Positions 41,943 through 52,632 of a stretch of DNA of 64,000 bases are shown one piece after another (within the stretch, counting starts at the first letter, position 1; the number at the start of each line of letters is the position of its first letter). The stretch lies in the NCBI GenBank assembly GCA_963754875.1, contig CAVWHO010000017.1:128001-192000 (forward strand). Direction: 5' to 3'. The notes under the pieces are model-generated. The model saw only the letters and a program-made list of their open reading frames with translations. It searched no databases and had not been told where the DNA came from. The DNA comes from Nitrospirota bacterium. Lineage in GTDB: Bacteria; Nitrospirota; UBA9217. Made by a program: the position numbers and the translations under genes.

Positions 41943-42849
41943 TAATAGTTTATGGTTTGAGACCATAATTTGTTTCTTAAAATCAAAGTATGCATTGATA
42001 CCTGTAGAAACTTTGCATGAAATCTACCTGGGACGAATATATATAAAAAACTCATGTCATATTACTGTAGATGACGGCAATAAATCATTTTACGATGTAA
42101 TTTTCCCCGTATTAAAAAAACATCATGTCCCGGCCTCTGTCTATGTATCTCCCAAGATATGTAAAGAAAAAAGCAATTATTGGTTTCAGGAAATACAAGG
42201 ATATGACCAAATTGAGTTAAAGCGGATCATTGCCGATATGTCGAATTGCTCATATAATTACCTTCTCAAGTATAGTGCAGAAGGGATATTGAAGACCTTT
42301 CCAGTTTACCAGATTCATGAAATAATAATGAGATACCGAAAAATAACTGATACTGAAAAAAAAGTATTTCAGAATCTGACGGTAAACAACCTTAAAGAGA
42401 TCGATCAATCCGGTTTGGTGACAATTGGGTCGCACACTATCAACCACCCAATATTAACAAATGAAGATGATGCAAGCAGCAAATATGAAATAGTTGAATC
42501 TGTACGCGAATTATCAACCCTATTAAGCCGAGAAATAAAATATTTTGCATATCCTAATGGCATACCTATCCTGGATTTTACAGAACGAGAGATGAATTAT
42601 CTAAACAATATTGGTATTCAATTAGCTTTTACGACAGAGTCAAAAAATATCTCCTCCTTTGACAACCCAATGGGTATCCCCAGAATAGGAATATCGGATG
42701 GTGAAAGTTTGTCTTTTTTTAAAAGTAAATTATTTTTAGCTTCTTTTTGGAACACCTTTAAAAGGTTGAACCCGACAGGTGAATATAGAGAAAGAAAGGA
42801 ATTACGCCGGTTTTTTCAGTCGGGAACACGCATGGATTATATTTCATGA
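41911..42849 (+). CDS. Polysaccharide deacetylase (CE4)
   Basis: TVDDG, GSHT..H, FAYPNG. Confidence 0.88.
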   Translation: MNIIINIHSVNNSLWFETIICFLKSKYALIPVETLHEIYLGRIYIKNSCHITVDDGNKSFYDVIFPVLKKHHVPASVYVSPKICKEKSNYWFQEIQGYDQIELKRIIADMSNCSYNYLLKYSAEGILKTFPVYQIHEIIMRYRKITDTEKKVFQNLTVNNLKEIDQSGLVTIGSHTINHPILTNEDDASSKYEIVESVRELSTLLSREIKYFAYPNGIPILDFTEREMNYLNNIGIQLAFTTESKNISSFDNPMGIPRIGISDGESLSFFKSKLFLASFWNTFKRLNPTGEYRERKELRRFFQSGTRMDYIS

Positions 42850-43652
42850 ACGTCCAAAAACCTTTTCCATTACCTCATCGTACTATCCTTGGAATGCGGC
42901 TCGATGCGGCTAGCAATGCAGATGCAACTCGCATTATTTTAAAGTCGGCAAAGGAAAAAGTGCGCGGCTATGTTTGTGCAGCAAATGTGCACATGGTCAT
43001 GGAATCGCACGATGAGGAGGCATTTCAAAGGATTGTGAACGGTGCCGTTTTAGTCATTCCGGACGGCATGCCTTTGGTTTGGGGTTTACGCTTTTTAGGG
43101 GTAAGAAAAGCTACTCACATTCGCGGCTACGATCTTACCGTGGATCTTCTCGAAGCGTCAGCACGAGAAGGCGTGACGGTCGGATTTTACGGCGGAAGCA
43201 TCGAAGTTTTGAATAAGCTGCTGCAGGCTTCCCAAAAGAGATTCTCACAACTTAAAGCAGTCTATTCATATAGCCCACCGTTCCGCCAGATGTCACATGA
43301 GGAAGATGAGCGTATAATTACGGAGATCAATGACTCAGGAGTGAACATTCTCTTTGTCGGACTTGGATGTCCCAAGCAAGAGCGATGGATGGCAGAGCAT
43401 GCTGGCCGTATCGACGCGATTATGATCGGCGTCGGTGCTGCGTTTGATTTTTTAGGAGGCTCAAAGCCCCAAGCTCCTCGTTGGATGATGTCTGCAGGGC
43501 TTGAATGGTTATTTCGCTTGGTTATAGAGCCGCGAAGACTTTGGCGAAGATACTGTATTTATAATGCTCGATTTATAGTTTTATTTATTATGCAGTTGCT
43601 CAGCAATTACTACAGCATTGCCCGGCAAAAAATTTTTAAATGCATGGGCTGA
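42846..43652 (+). CDS. WecG/TagA/CpsF (GT26) glycosyltransferase
   Basis: PDGMP, VGLGCPKQE, GLEW.FRL..EPRRL.RRY. Confidence 0.92.
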   Translation: MNVQKPFPLPHRTILGMRLDAASNADATRIILKSAKEKVRGYVCAANVHMVMESHDEEAFQRIVNGAVLVIPDGMPLVWGLRFLGVRKATHIRGYDLTVDLLEASAREGVTVGFYGGSIEVLNKLLQASQKRFSQLKAVYSYSPPFRQMSHEEDERIITEINDSGVNILFVGLGCPKQERWMAEHAGRIDAIMIGVGAAFDFLGGSKPQAPRWMMSAGLEWLFRLVIEPRRLWRRYCIYNARFIVLFIMQLLSNYYSIARQKIFKCMG

Positions 43653-43869
43653 AAACCTCTTATTCTGGATAAGAAAGGAGACCAGACCCTATTCTAGCAT
43701 CGACAAATCTTTTTTCACTCACACACATATGCCATTAGACGGGATCAAGCATACGCGCGATTACAACTGCTAAGGCAAGAGAGGGAAAAAGAAACACTGC
43801 TGTAATTAAAGAACCACAGAATCTTTTTCCATTTTAGTTTCCGGCATCTGAGCAGTATAGGTTTTATTT

Positions 43870-44982
43870 TCAATGAGCAACCAAATTACTTGGAATCAGA
43901 GGAGGAAAGCTAGTGTGTTTTTTGATAATGCTCCACTGCGCTTTATCCTGACGATTTACCTCTGGAATAAGACTCATGCCGTAATCCGTACCGCTCATGC
44001 TCGGCCACCATGAATTTGCCCCGGAAGGATCGGCATAGGCATAGTACCAATACGTTCCTGACACTCCATTTTGCTTCAAGACGTTAAGGAAATTGTCAAG
44101 TACAGTAAGCCATCGAGGATCGTTTTCTGGAATACCAAACTCTCCGACAAATCCTTTTGCATTGCTCTGCTTTAGCCATTGTAAGAAGGGCTGAACTTTA
44201 TCGACTCCCCAGTTGGGATACGCGCCTTGCTGGTCATACGTCTGTGTATATGTGCCGCTCCCGTTGCCGTCAAAATACAAGTGGGCCTCATAGATGAGGT
44301 TGTTCGCCGGGTCAATAATTTTGAGGCCGCCATTGTCCCTAGGCCAATAATAGGCGCTAGCCCATTGCGTGCCTTCCACGTAAATTGTTGTGTGCATATC
44401 GACTGAGCGGATGCCATTAACCGCCGCTTGTGCGGCTTGTGGCCACACGCCTGTGCCGAGGTCGTGAGGTTCGTTCATGATATCGTAGCCAGCGAGACCA
44501 GCACTCCCCGATAGAGCTCCCGCCAGTTTGGTCCACAGATCTTGGAAAGCAGAAATGGGGAGAGAACTTGATCCGATAACCAGTCCGCCGGTACTGCTAA
44601 CCGCAACGATGCCGTAATTAGCCACTGCGGTAGCCGCCCAATTAGGATTGTAGCGCCCATAATTATGAATATCTACAATTACTTGCATTTTGCGGGTCGT
44701 TGCTAAGTCTAAAAATGATTTAAGCTTTCCAACTTCAGTTTGATTGAGCGGGCCATTGAGAGTAGACTGTAATTTTTCCCATGCGATGGGCAAACGGACG
44801 AGAACGATACCTTTATTTTTGAGATAATCAAGGTGGCTCGCAATCGGATACGTTTCCCAAGAATATTCCGACCCAGATATGTTTATGCCGATCATTGCCC
44901 CGGTTGCCATACTTGGCGCAGCATAAGCCAGGATCATTAGTACGAAAAATAATCTCTTTAGCATTTCATTTCTCTCCTTCAT
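43870..44982 (-). CDS. Secreted GH5 endoglucanase-like glycoside hydrolase
   Basis: Signal peptide, RLPIAWE, DIHNY, MNEPH, EAHLY, GEFG. Confidence 0.9.
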   Translation of the reverse strand: MKERNEMLKRLFFVLMILAYAAPSMATGAMIGINISGSEYSWETYPIASHLDYLKNKGIVLVRLPIAWEKLQSTLNGPLNQTEVGKLKSFLDLATTRKMQVIVDIHNYGRYNPNWAATAVANYGIVAVSSTGGLVIGSSSLPISAFQDLWTKLAGALSGSAGLAGYDIMNEPHDLGTGVWPQAAQAAVNGIRSVDMHTTIYVEGTQWASAYYWPRDNGGLKIIDPANNLIYEAHLYFDGNGSGTYTQTYDQQGAYPNWGVDKVQPFLQWLKQSNAKGFVGEFGIPENDPRWLTVLDNFLNVLKQNGVSGTYWYYAYADPSGANSWWPSMSGTDYGMSLIPEVNRQDKAQWSIIKKHTSFPPLIPSNLVAH

Positions 44983-45056
44983 AATAGGTTACTCTTTGTA
45001 GATTGGGATTAATAATGACATTTCTACAATCTAATTTCAATTATGGATAGAGAATG

Positions 45057-45474
45057 CTAATGCACTTTTTGAACTGTTCTGAGCGGGAATTGTAAACCAC
45101 CTGAGCTCCCGTCATTGGCTGCAAGCCAGCGCTTTTTTTTAACCTCGTTTTCCAAGTGAGCTTTTTTGAGCGCTTGTTCCGACTGGCCGATTCGTTCTTC
45201 CAACCCAGCTTCTTTTGCGGAATCGGCTTCGAAGCTTTTTTTGATATACTGCTTTCTCCAATGATACAGATGCCCGGAGGAAATGCTGTGTCTCCGGCAG
45301 AGCTGGGCTGCGGTGCTCACCCCGCTCAGATACTCTTCAACGACCTAGCCTTTGAATTCGGTGCTGAACTTCCTCTGTTTGCTCATGACAAGATCCTTTC
45401 CGCCCCTCGGGGCCGAAGATCCTGTCCGACATTCTAACATAACTTGACTTGTCTAAACAGAGGGGGTCAGTTCA
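45057..45474 (-). pseudogene. IS3-family remnant (IRL plus frameshifted OrfA)
   Basis: TGAACTGACCCC end; MSKQRKFSTEFK..AQLCRRHSISSGHLYHWRKQY..LENEVKKK. Confidence 0.75.
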
Positions 45475-45627
45475 GACGGCGGGAACCTTTCATCTATTAG
45501 AGAAGCATGGACGCAAAGCGACTATTGATATGAAATCGGCAAAACAAACATTAGCTGAGAGAGATCTCGTAAGTCAAAGTAAAAAAGAAAAAGAGACAGC
45601 AACTTGTTTTGATCCCTAGCTCAAAAA

Positions 45628-45676
45628 TCGGGTTTCACAACCGAAGGTCACGTTTTCAAACCTTGTCACGCTACCA
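45628..45676 (+). repeat. Decayed tRNA-fMet 3' fragment (att-like scar 3) with downstream hairpin and CAGGACA repeats
   Basis: TCGGG..CACAA-CCGAAGGTC...TTCAAA...CGCTACCA then TATCAAGGGGTTACAGC as after scar 1. Confidence 0.7.
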
Positions 45677-45780
45677 AATCTATCAAGGGGTTACAGCACA
45701 TGCTGTAACCCCGATTTATTTATCAGGACAGTCTCAGGACACTCTCGAAACATGAGATGTGACAGTGATAAAAGACGAGT

Positions 45781-46008
45781 TTGACAGCCTCAATGTCGAA
45801 TGAAAAAAAGGAAAATTATGGGATGAAGTCTATACAAAGAGGATGGCATTGTCATCGAATTCGATCCGATCACAATTCAAAAAAATTTCGCGTTCTTGCT
45901 GATAGCAATATCTATAAGATTGGGGATTGTGAATACATAAGAACCAAAATCGAACTCCATCCCGGAGACGAAATTCTCTTCACTCCCATAGGCCCAATGG
46001 GTTCATAA
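45781..46008 (+). pseudogene. Degraded paralog of 18872..19168
   Basis: YKIGDCEYIRTKIELHPGDEILFTPI. Confidence 0.6.
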
Positions 46009-46097
46009 ATCCAAACGTTTGATCGTTCTGCATCGTTATACTGACTAGTTGAAAGTATCGTTGTATCGGATTTTTTCCCTTGGGATGCCAGGTACAC

Positions 46098-46430
46098 TTA
46101 TCGCATCAAATTCGTGCTTCGGATCAGGTTCACATTCTTGATAAGTCCTTTTTCGCTGCAGCTCTCGTTCACCGAATCCGCACTGTATTTCTCTGCAAGC
46201 TGCCGTGTCCGTTGTTGGAGACCGCGGGGCTGTTTCAGTACGATTTGGAAATGGCCTTCCGCGAAATTAACAGGCATGAACAGCCCCCGCTCTCGTGCGA
46301 TCAGAGATGCTTGTACGAAGGCCCATTCACTGCCGGTCTTAAACCCTCTGCTCTGACCGATAGGAACGCCAACAGCAAAACCGATCAATACTAAAACGAT
46401 AACCGACACAATTCGTACTATAATTTTCAT
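46098..46430 (-). CDS. Hypothetical membrane-anchored protein
   Basis: AGGAGG RBS, N-terminal TM segment. Confidence 0.65.
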   Translation of the reverse strand: MKIIVRIVSVIVLVLIGFAVGVPIGQSRGFKTGSEWAFVQASLIARERGLFMPVNFAEGHFQIVLKQPRGLQQRTRQLAEKYSADSVNESCSEKGLIKNVNLIRSTNLMR

Positions 46431-46659
46431 AGCTCATCCTCCTTTTTTTACTTGGCAAACGCGAGAGGAATCACATTCCGACGCGATCATTTTTCGGCTT
46501 GCTCCCGTGCGCGTCAAAGCGGCGAACAAAGTTGTGCTCATGCCGGTACAAGTTCGTAACTAACTCTTATCCACAGAAAAAGTGAACGAACATTTTGTTT
46601 TCCCGCCCCTGACAGTTGTCAGTTAAAGCAACCATTGATAATTATTAATTCACAGCCGG

Positions 46660-47040
46660 TTAATTTTGTAGCGGGTCACTTTTTGTGTCCGTTTTAATGT
46701 TGAATCTTACTCCAACAAACTCCCGAAACTTTTCTTCATCGACTTTGATAAAGTATGCATTCCCGAGTCGTCCTCCGATCCGTGTAATCCCTCGAGGACC
46801 GTCTTTCCTTGATACTATTCCTGCACCTCCGTATTTTTCGACTGGCACCATTAAGGAAAAGTTTATTTGTTCACGGAGCGCCAACCTTAGGCCGATGCCG
46901 GCTACCCTAAATCCCCCAGGGGATAAGTCGAGAGAGTAAGCTTTTCCCAGATTCTTGCCTGCAACCATTATATTGACTTCAAGTTCTCTTTTTTGGCGAT
47001 TACCGCTCTTTCTCCGGTCCTTACCAAATATTGCCCGCAT
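46660..47040 (-). CDS. PilZ-like protein, paralog of 11649..12002
   Basis: DRRKSGNR, DLSPGG, shared VSRK.G...I.RI...GN.YFI.V. Confidence 0.75.
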   Translation of the reverse strand: MRAIFGKDRRKSGNRQKRELEVNIMVAGKNLGKAYSLDLSPGGFRVAGIGLRLALREQINFSLMVPVEKYGGAGIVSRKDGPRGITRIGGRLGNAYFIKVDEEKFREFVGVRFNIKTDTKSDPLQN

Positions 47041-47264
47041 ATTCCTCCTTTCCGTTCGGAACAGCCTGTCTTTAATAAATCAGAGGCAATTACACCTAAA
47101 CATTTTTTACTATTGGTACTGGCCGTCTTGCGCCCTAAGACACATGTTCCCAAAATATGCATTCTGCAAACTCACATCATCAGAGTAAAACGATCTCCGC
47201 AAGCTTTGGAAAGATTACTTCCGGGTCAATCCGTTCTCTATTCCGGGGACCTCCGGCGGCTTCT

Positions 47265-47600
47265 TCACTTGGCGGAGATCGCAAAAGTGTTGGGTGCAGT
47301 TCGTGAAAGGCCTGGCAGCCTATGGAGTTTTTTGGCTAGGGCGCTCACGATCGATTCCCGGTTAAGATTTGCTCCGTGAACCGTTTTAACTTCGGAAATG
47401 ATCTCTGAAACATGGAGTGGGCGCCCGGCGCGTATAAGTATGTCTATGACCATATCCATATTAGACATACCTGTTCGCTCCCCTGTCAAACCCTTCAACT
47501 TAATCGGCCGAAATTGACGGATAGCGCGAAGCTGGGCCAATAATAAAGATTCATGCATTTCAATAAGATAATCAGGTATGGTATTTTTTAATTGTTTCAT
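47265..47600 (-). CDS. Winged-helix (HARE-HTH-like) DNA-binding protein
   Basis: IL..AGRPLHVSEII..RESIVSAL..R..PNTF. Confidence 0.7.
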   Translation of the reverse strand: MKQLKNTIPDYLIEMHESLLLAQLRAIRQFRPIKLKGLTGERTGMSNMDMVIDILIRAGRPLHVSEIISEVKTVHGANLNRESIVSALAKKLHRLPGLSRTAPNTFAISAK

Positions 47601-47626
47601 GCAGCTTATCCTTTTCTCATTTTACG

Positions 47627-49402
47627 TTTTGTCAAAATACTGCGATTAATTTTTCTGATTGCTTTTGCTTTTCAAGATGTTCTTAACAATTCTCTTGTCT
47701 CCCCCCTGAAAATGAGCTAAAAGTAGTGTTGATAACACCCTCAAGGGAGAGCTTGCTCATGTCGAACACGTCGCGTGTTGCTCGTTTTATCATCTGGATC
47801 TGTTCCAAGTTCACTCGCGTTGAAATTGAACAGATCGCCGCCGGGTTACAGGATGTTCTCCAAAATCGCAATCCGGAAGTGAAACCGAAAGACGATTTTA
47901 AAGAGAAGCATCCAAACTACCGGCAGTTCGCGGTCGATCCAAAACCGCCGCTCACCGAACCGCTGCTCGAAAAAAAACACAAGAAACGAAAGACTACAAC
48001 CAACTCTTAGCTCAGTACGAAGCGCTTCACGGAAAGCCTCTTGCTGCTGTAAAGCGCTGGGGCAAGTCTCATGCACTCCCCAAACTGGTTTTTTGCCCCG
48101 TCTGCAATGCCCCGCACGACTATCTCTACTACAACGACGGTAAGAAAAAATCTCAGATCAGGTGCAAGGTCTGTGGTCACTTGTTTCAAGCCGACCAGAG
48201 ATTCCGTAAAAACGATAAGTCAAAATACTTTTGCCCCTACTGCAACCACGCTCTCTTTCGTTGGAAAATGCGGAAAGAGGTTACGCTTTACAAATGCCCC
48301 AACGATGACTGCCAGCACCGCGTCCAGGCCATCGCAAAACTTAATCCGGCTGAGCGTGCATTACAGAAGAAACGAAGCTCGCAGTTCAAGCTCTGCTACC
48401 AGTACCGGGAGTATCATTACAAACCCCAAGAGCTTCTTCACTCTGAGCCCGAAAAGCCGATCGTCGAGCTTACGAAGATCCATAACTCCGAGAACGTCCT
48501 CGGCCTGATCCTTGCCTTTTATGTTTCCTTCGCCGTTCCAGCCAGGAAAACCGCGGCTATTTTGAAGTCCGTCTTCAATATCAAAGTCTCTTATCAGACG
48601 GTCCTAAATTATGCGGCAGCCGCAGCGTTTTACTGCCACAGCTACAATCTCCAGCGTAAAGGCCCGATCGATTCTATTCAGGCTGGCGATGAAACGTATA
48701 TCAGGGTCCTGGGGAAGCATCAATACGTCTTTTTCTTCATCTCATCCAAGAGCCTGAAAATCACCGCCTACCATGTTGCCGATAACCGGGGAACGCAACC
48801 AGCAATCATCGCCATGAACGAAGCGATCCGTACCGCAGCTCCCGGTCAGGAGATTATCCTCGTGACCGACGGCAATCCTTCCTACCCAGCCGGCATCCAT
48901 TTTCTGAATGCTCAGGAAGGCGATGATCCCGATATCCAGCACCACAAGGTCATCGGCCTCCAAAACCTCGATGCCGAGTCAACGGAATGGAGGGCGTTTA
49001 AACAGCTCATCGAGCGCTTGAATAGGACCTACAAGTATCACGTGAGGCCTGCGGCCGGTTTCAACAGTAACAACGGCTCCGTGGTCCTGACGACGCTCTT
49101 TGTGACCCATTACAACTTTCTCCGCCCTCACATGTCATTGAACTACAAGCCACCCGTTCAATTGCCGGAGCTCCAGGCCATTACCACGCTTCAGGGCAAA
49201 TGGGCGAAGATTCTTTCTCTCGCTGCTTAAACTTTCCGCCTGCTACATCTCAAAGAACGATCTCGTTAATGGACTTCTGTTGCCTGCTGCGTCCCATGCC
49301 GACGGTCGATCCGCCGCTAGATGATCTGGCTCCCCGTCGCTAACCTTATCCGTCGATCATTTCATAGGGTCTACTCTCATTTTCATGAAAGTTTTGACAC
49401 TA
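47627..49402 (+). mobile_element. IS6-like DDE insertion sequence
   Basis: Ends TxxTGTCAAAA; 12-bp direct repeat TCTCATTTTACG at 47615 and 49403. Confidence 0.8.
47759..49230 (+). CDS. Zn-ribbon DDE transposase requiring a -1 frameshift at A8 (47970-47977)
   Basis: CPVC/CKVC/CPYC knuckles, DETY, TDG, IERLNRT; the -1 frame is open from the A8 run. Confidence 0.82.
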
Positions 49403-49722
49403 TCTCATTTTACGGAATATTGGCACTATAGCAGAATTACGTATGTATGTCAATAAGATAGTTACATACATAATGGGGAGCGTATGGTGATATTTTGCCG
49501 TAACGAGAATTAGGATGCCGATGTTCGTTCCAAACTAAAGATAATATTCTCAGAAAACAATGACATAATGATTCTTGACAAGTGTGCCAAATATGGCACA
49601 ATGGGATTCGCATGGTGATGGTTCATGCTTACTGTGGAGTGGGCTATAGAGTGCGGCAGGTCGTTTCGTGCAGGAATGCCGGGCAGTGCACTCCGGCAGC
49701 CCGGTAACAAAAGGAGGGCAGT

Positions 49723-51282
49723 ATAAGGCAGGGAGTAAAATATGATGTATCGGCGGTTGTTTTGTGGGGCTTATTCTCTATCCTCGCTGGTTGCAGCAGC
49801 CAGAATCCACAGTCGAATTTCAATCCCGATACGGGAAGACATGTGTCCTCCGACTGGCTTCCTGCGGGCCACATGACGGCGGCGACGGCGGACATCGCCT
49901 CCTGCATCCAATGTCATGGCGCGGATCTCGCCGGAGGCATTTCTCGCATCTCATGCACGTCGTGCCATATGGGAAGCCCAACGTCCGTCCATCCGGCAAA
50001 CTGGGTTCCCCTGTTCAGAACGCATGGGCCCTACGCGACGCTGAACGGGACCGTCGCCTGTGCGAACCAGTATTGCCACGGACCTACGCTTGCCGGCGTT
50101 GCCGGCAGCGGACCGTCCTGCACGAGCTGCCACGGTCTTCCCTTCGACCCGACAGTGCTCGTTTGCGGAGACTGCCACAAACAGCAGATGGGCACGCGGA
50201 GACCGGTGGTGGGACCAAATGGAGATTTCGGCCAAAACGCAGCGATTCTGTCTCATCATGTCACGGGAACGGCTGATCCCACGCCCAACCAGTGTCGGGT
50301 CTGCCATGACATGTCTGAGCACATGTCCGGCACGGTCCGTCTGCGGAACGCCGATACAGGAGCGACCATTGTCTACAGCATAGCCGCTCCCAGCACACTC
50401 AAGCCCTTCTGCTTGAGCTGTCACGACGCGAGTGGCGCGCTCGCGACCGCGGTCATGAGCGGTACGCCCTCAGCGCCATTCAACGACGGTTCAAGACTGG
50501 GAACCCCGCCATATCCCTTTGCCACCAGGATCTATTCAAGCTGGAACGGCACATACGGCCACGGCACGAATGGGAACCACGCACCCGGATCGAGGCTTAC
50601 CTGTCTAGGCACAGGCCAGCCCGGCACCGGCTGTCATGGAAATGGCCAAAGCATCAATGCACACGGGTCTGTAAACCAGGTGTTGGCGACGAGGGAATTT
50701 AAATATGATATTGCTTCCTCGGGCCCGATGTATACTTATGATGAGGCGCATTTTGACCTGTGCTTCAATTGTCATGAAAGCTATCCTCTTGTCTCGAAGA
50801 CGGAAATCTTTGGGGTGAAGTTCGGCGGGTTACTGGACACTGCTTACGGTCCTCTCGGACCACGCGGTCAGAATCCACCCTATGATACTGGTGGACTCTT
50901 CCTTACGCACTTTGCTGACCATGACGATCTCTTGAATCCCTCTAATCCCCTGAATGATCCGGCCTTTTGGGGTACGACGAACATGAACCTTCACTGGTTC
51001 CATATAGGAGGGCAGACAGCCTCATTCCGCGGGACCGGTGCTACAACCGGCATCAACTGCGTCAACTGTCATGATGTTCATGGTTCGAGTGATCCCTACG
51101 GTGCAGTTTATGATGAGCTGGCATATAGCAATACGACGACTCTTGGGAACAATGTGAGCGGAGAGATGGTATATTCAGCATATACGACTACCTTGTTGGA
51201 AGGTTATCCCACTTATTGTTCCTTCAACTGTCACTTTTTGCAGGGTCCGACAAAGGCGTGGTTTTCCCCGATTGTTGAGTAG
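49723..51282 (+). CDS. Multiheme c-type cytochrome lipoprotein
   Basis: LAGC lipobox; 8 CxxCH plus CX3CH, CX4CH and CX9CH; apparent ATA start after AGGAGG. Confidence 0.88.
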   Translation: MRQGVKYDVSAVVLWGLFSILAGCSSQNPQSNFNPDTGRHVSSDWLPAGHMTAATADIASCIQCHGADLAGGISRISCTSCHMGSPTSVHPANWVPLFRTHGPYATLNGTVACANQYCHGPTLAGVAGSGPSCTSCHGLPFDPTVLVCGDCHKQQMGTRRPVVGPNGDFGQNAAILSHHVTGTADPTPNQCRVCHDMSEHMSGTVRLRNADTGATIVYSIAAPSTLKPFCLSCHDASGALATAVMSGTPSAPFNDGSRLGTPPYPFATRIYSSWNGTYGHGTNGNHAPGSRLTCLGTGQPGTGCHGNGQSINAHGSVNQVLATREFKYDIASSGPMYTYDEAHFDLCFNCHESYPLVSKTEIFGVKFGGLLDTAYGPLGPRGQNPPYDTGGLFLTHFADHDDLLNPSNPLNDPAFWGTTNMNLHWFHIGGQTASFRGTGATTGINCVNCHDVHGSSDPYGAVYDELAYSNTTTLGNNVSGEMVYSAYTTTLLEGYPTYCSFNCHFLQGPTKAWFSPIVE

Positions 51283-51625
51283 TTCGTAACCTGACCAAGC
51301 ATGCAAGATTTTCCATCAAGAAAGCAGCCATAAGAAAGGCCGCTGCTTCATCCCTGCCCGCGACGGGGCCTGTGGACCGCTGCTGGTCGGCGCATAGGCG
51401 GTGGGCCTGATCGCCCGCCGGAGTCTTTCCCGCTGGCCCGGGATTGGGCTTTCCACCTGGATCTCCTGAAGGCATGCTCACCATAATGAGCTGGCATGCC
51501 CAGCTGCACGGAATGGCCTCTTTAGTATCGCCTCTCCTCGCTGAAATTTAAACATTAAAAACCTGAAGAGAGGTCTCGTCCTAAGGCCTTTTTGACTGCT
51601 TAGGATATCGTCATACAATACTGAA

Positions 51626-51811
51626 CTAATCACGTACATTGACTGCAAAGATAACGGTCCAGAAGAAAATAACAAAAGTTGCGGCCCCCCGGTAAATCTG
51701 CTCCAGGTTCCAGGAACCTGATGGCGTGTTCAGCAAGTCGGAAGGGTAGGCCCAATATGCCAGCGGTAGGCCGATAACGATGATCGCTATCCGGATAAAG
51801 CGCGCTTTCAT
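51626..51811 (-). CDS. Small two-TM hypothetical protein
   Basis: Two hydrophobic segments, 61 aa. Confidence 0.45.
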   Translation of the reverse strand: MKARFIRIAIIVIGLPLAYWAYPSDLLNTPSGSWNLEQIYRGAATFVIFFWTVIFAVNVRD

Positions 51812-51959
51812 GAGAATTCAAACCTTCCTGAAATTATGATACCATGTTCAGCCATCCTGTGTGGGCAGGCCGCAGCGAAATTATAAGAGCCGCTGATCAA
51901 GATTACACGGTGGATGATGTTTAAGAGAGTGTAAAAGAGGTCCTGAAGTGTACGCCGTT

Positions 51960-52060
51960 CAAAGCGGAGTTGGAGCTTCGGGTGGATCTCCGTCCCGTCC
52001 CGATTGATGCAGAGCAAGATAAGGCAGGTCTTTTTCAATCTCATGACGAACGCAAAAGAA
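51960..52060 (+). pseudogene. Histidine-kinase N-box fragment
   Basis: [10 protein letters not shown] / [13 protein letters not shown] across a frameshift. Confidence 0.45.
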
Positions 52061-52101
52061 AAGTTGCTGCGTGTAGATGTCGTAGCCGAAGGAGAATAGA
52101 C

Positions 52102-52431
52102 ATGCTCGTTGCAAAATCACTTGCTCTTTTTGTAGTTGCCGGTTTATGCGAGATCGGAGGCGGGTACCTCGTTTGGCTCCGGCTCAGGGAAGGCAAAAGC
52201 TTGTGGGTAGCCTTTGCAGGGGCGATTGTGCTCATTCTGTACGGCATTATTCCCACCATGCAGGCGGCGAATTTCGGAAGAGTCTACGCGGCTTACGGCG
52301 GCGTGTTCGTGATCCTGTCGATCCTGTGGGGCTGGAAAGTGGACAACATTCTTCCTGATCGGTTCGATGTTCTCGGAGGATTGATCTGTCTTATCGGCGT
52401 CGGCGTCATCATGTACTGGCCGAGAGGATAA
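52102..52431 (+). CDS. ynfA: YnfA (UPF0060) small membrane protein
   Basis: [22 protein letters not shown]. Confidence 0.9.
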   Translation: MLVAKSLALFVVAGLCEIGGGYLVWLRLREGKSLWVAFAGAIVLILYGIIPTMQAANFGRVYAAYGGVFVILSILWGWKVDNILPDRFDVLGGLICLIGVGVIMYWPRG

Positions 52432-52453
52432 ACAGAGCGAGGAGGGAAACGTC

Positions 52454-52585
52454 ATGAAAGAGCTTATGAAAGTGCTGTCAGCAGCAGGCGTCGCCTCATA
52501 CAGTGCGGTTGCCTGTGCTCAAGGACAACTCCAAGGCTACGGCATGGGTCCCGGCGTGATGGGCTGGGGGTGCGGCATGGGGTAG
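52454..52585 (+). pseudogene. Truncated YGMGPG-type exported protein (possibly SHOCT family)
   Basis: GGAGG RBS, signal-like start, YGMGPGVMGWG, early TAG. Confidence 0.35.
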
Positions 52586-52632
52586 CCGTGGCCCATTATG
52601 GTACAACTCTTCAGGGTGCCCATCAAATCGGC

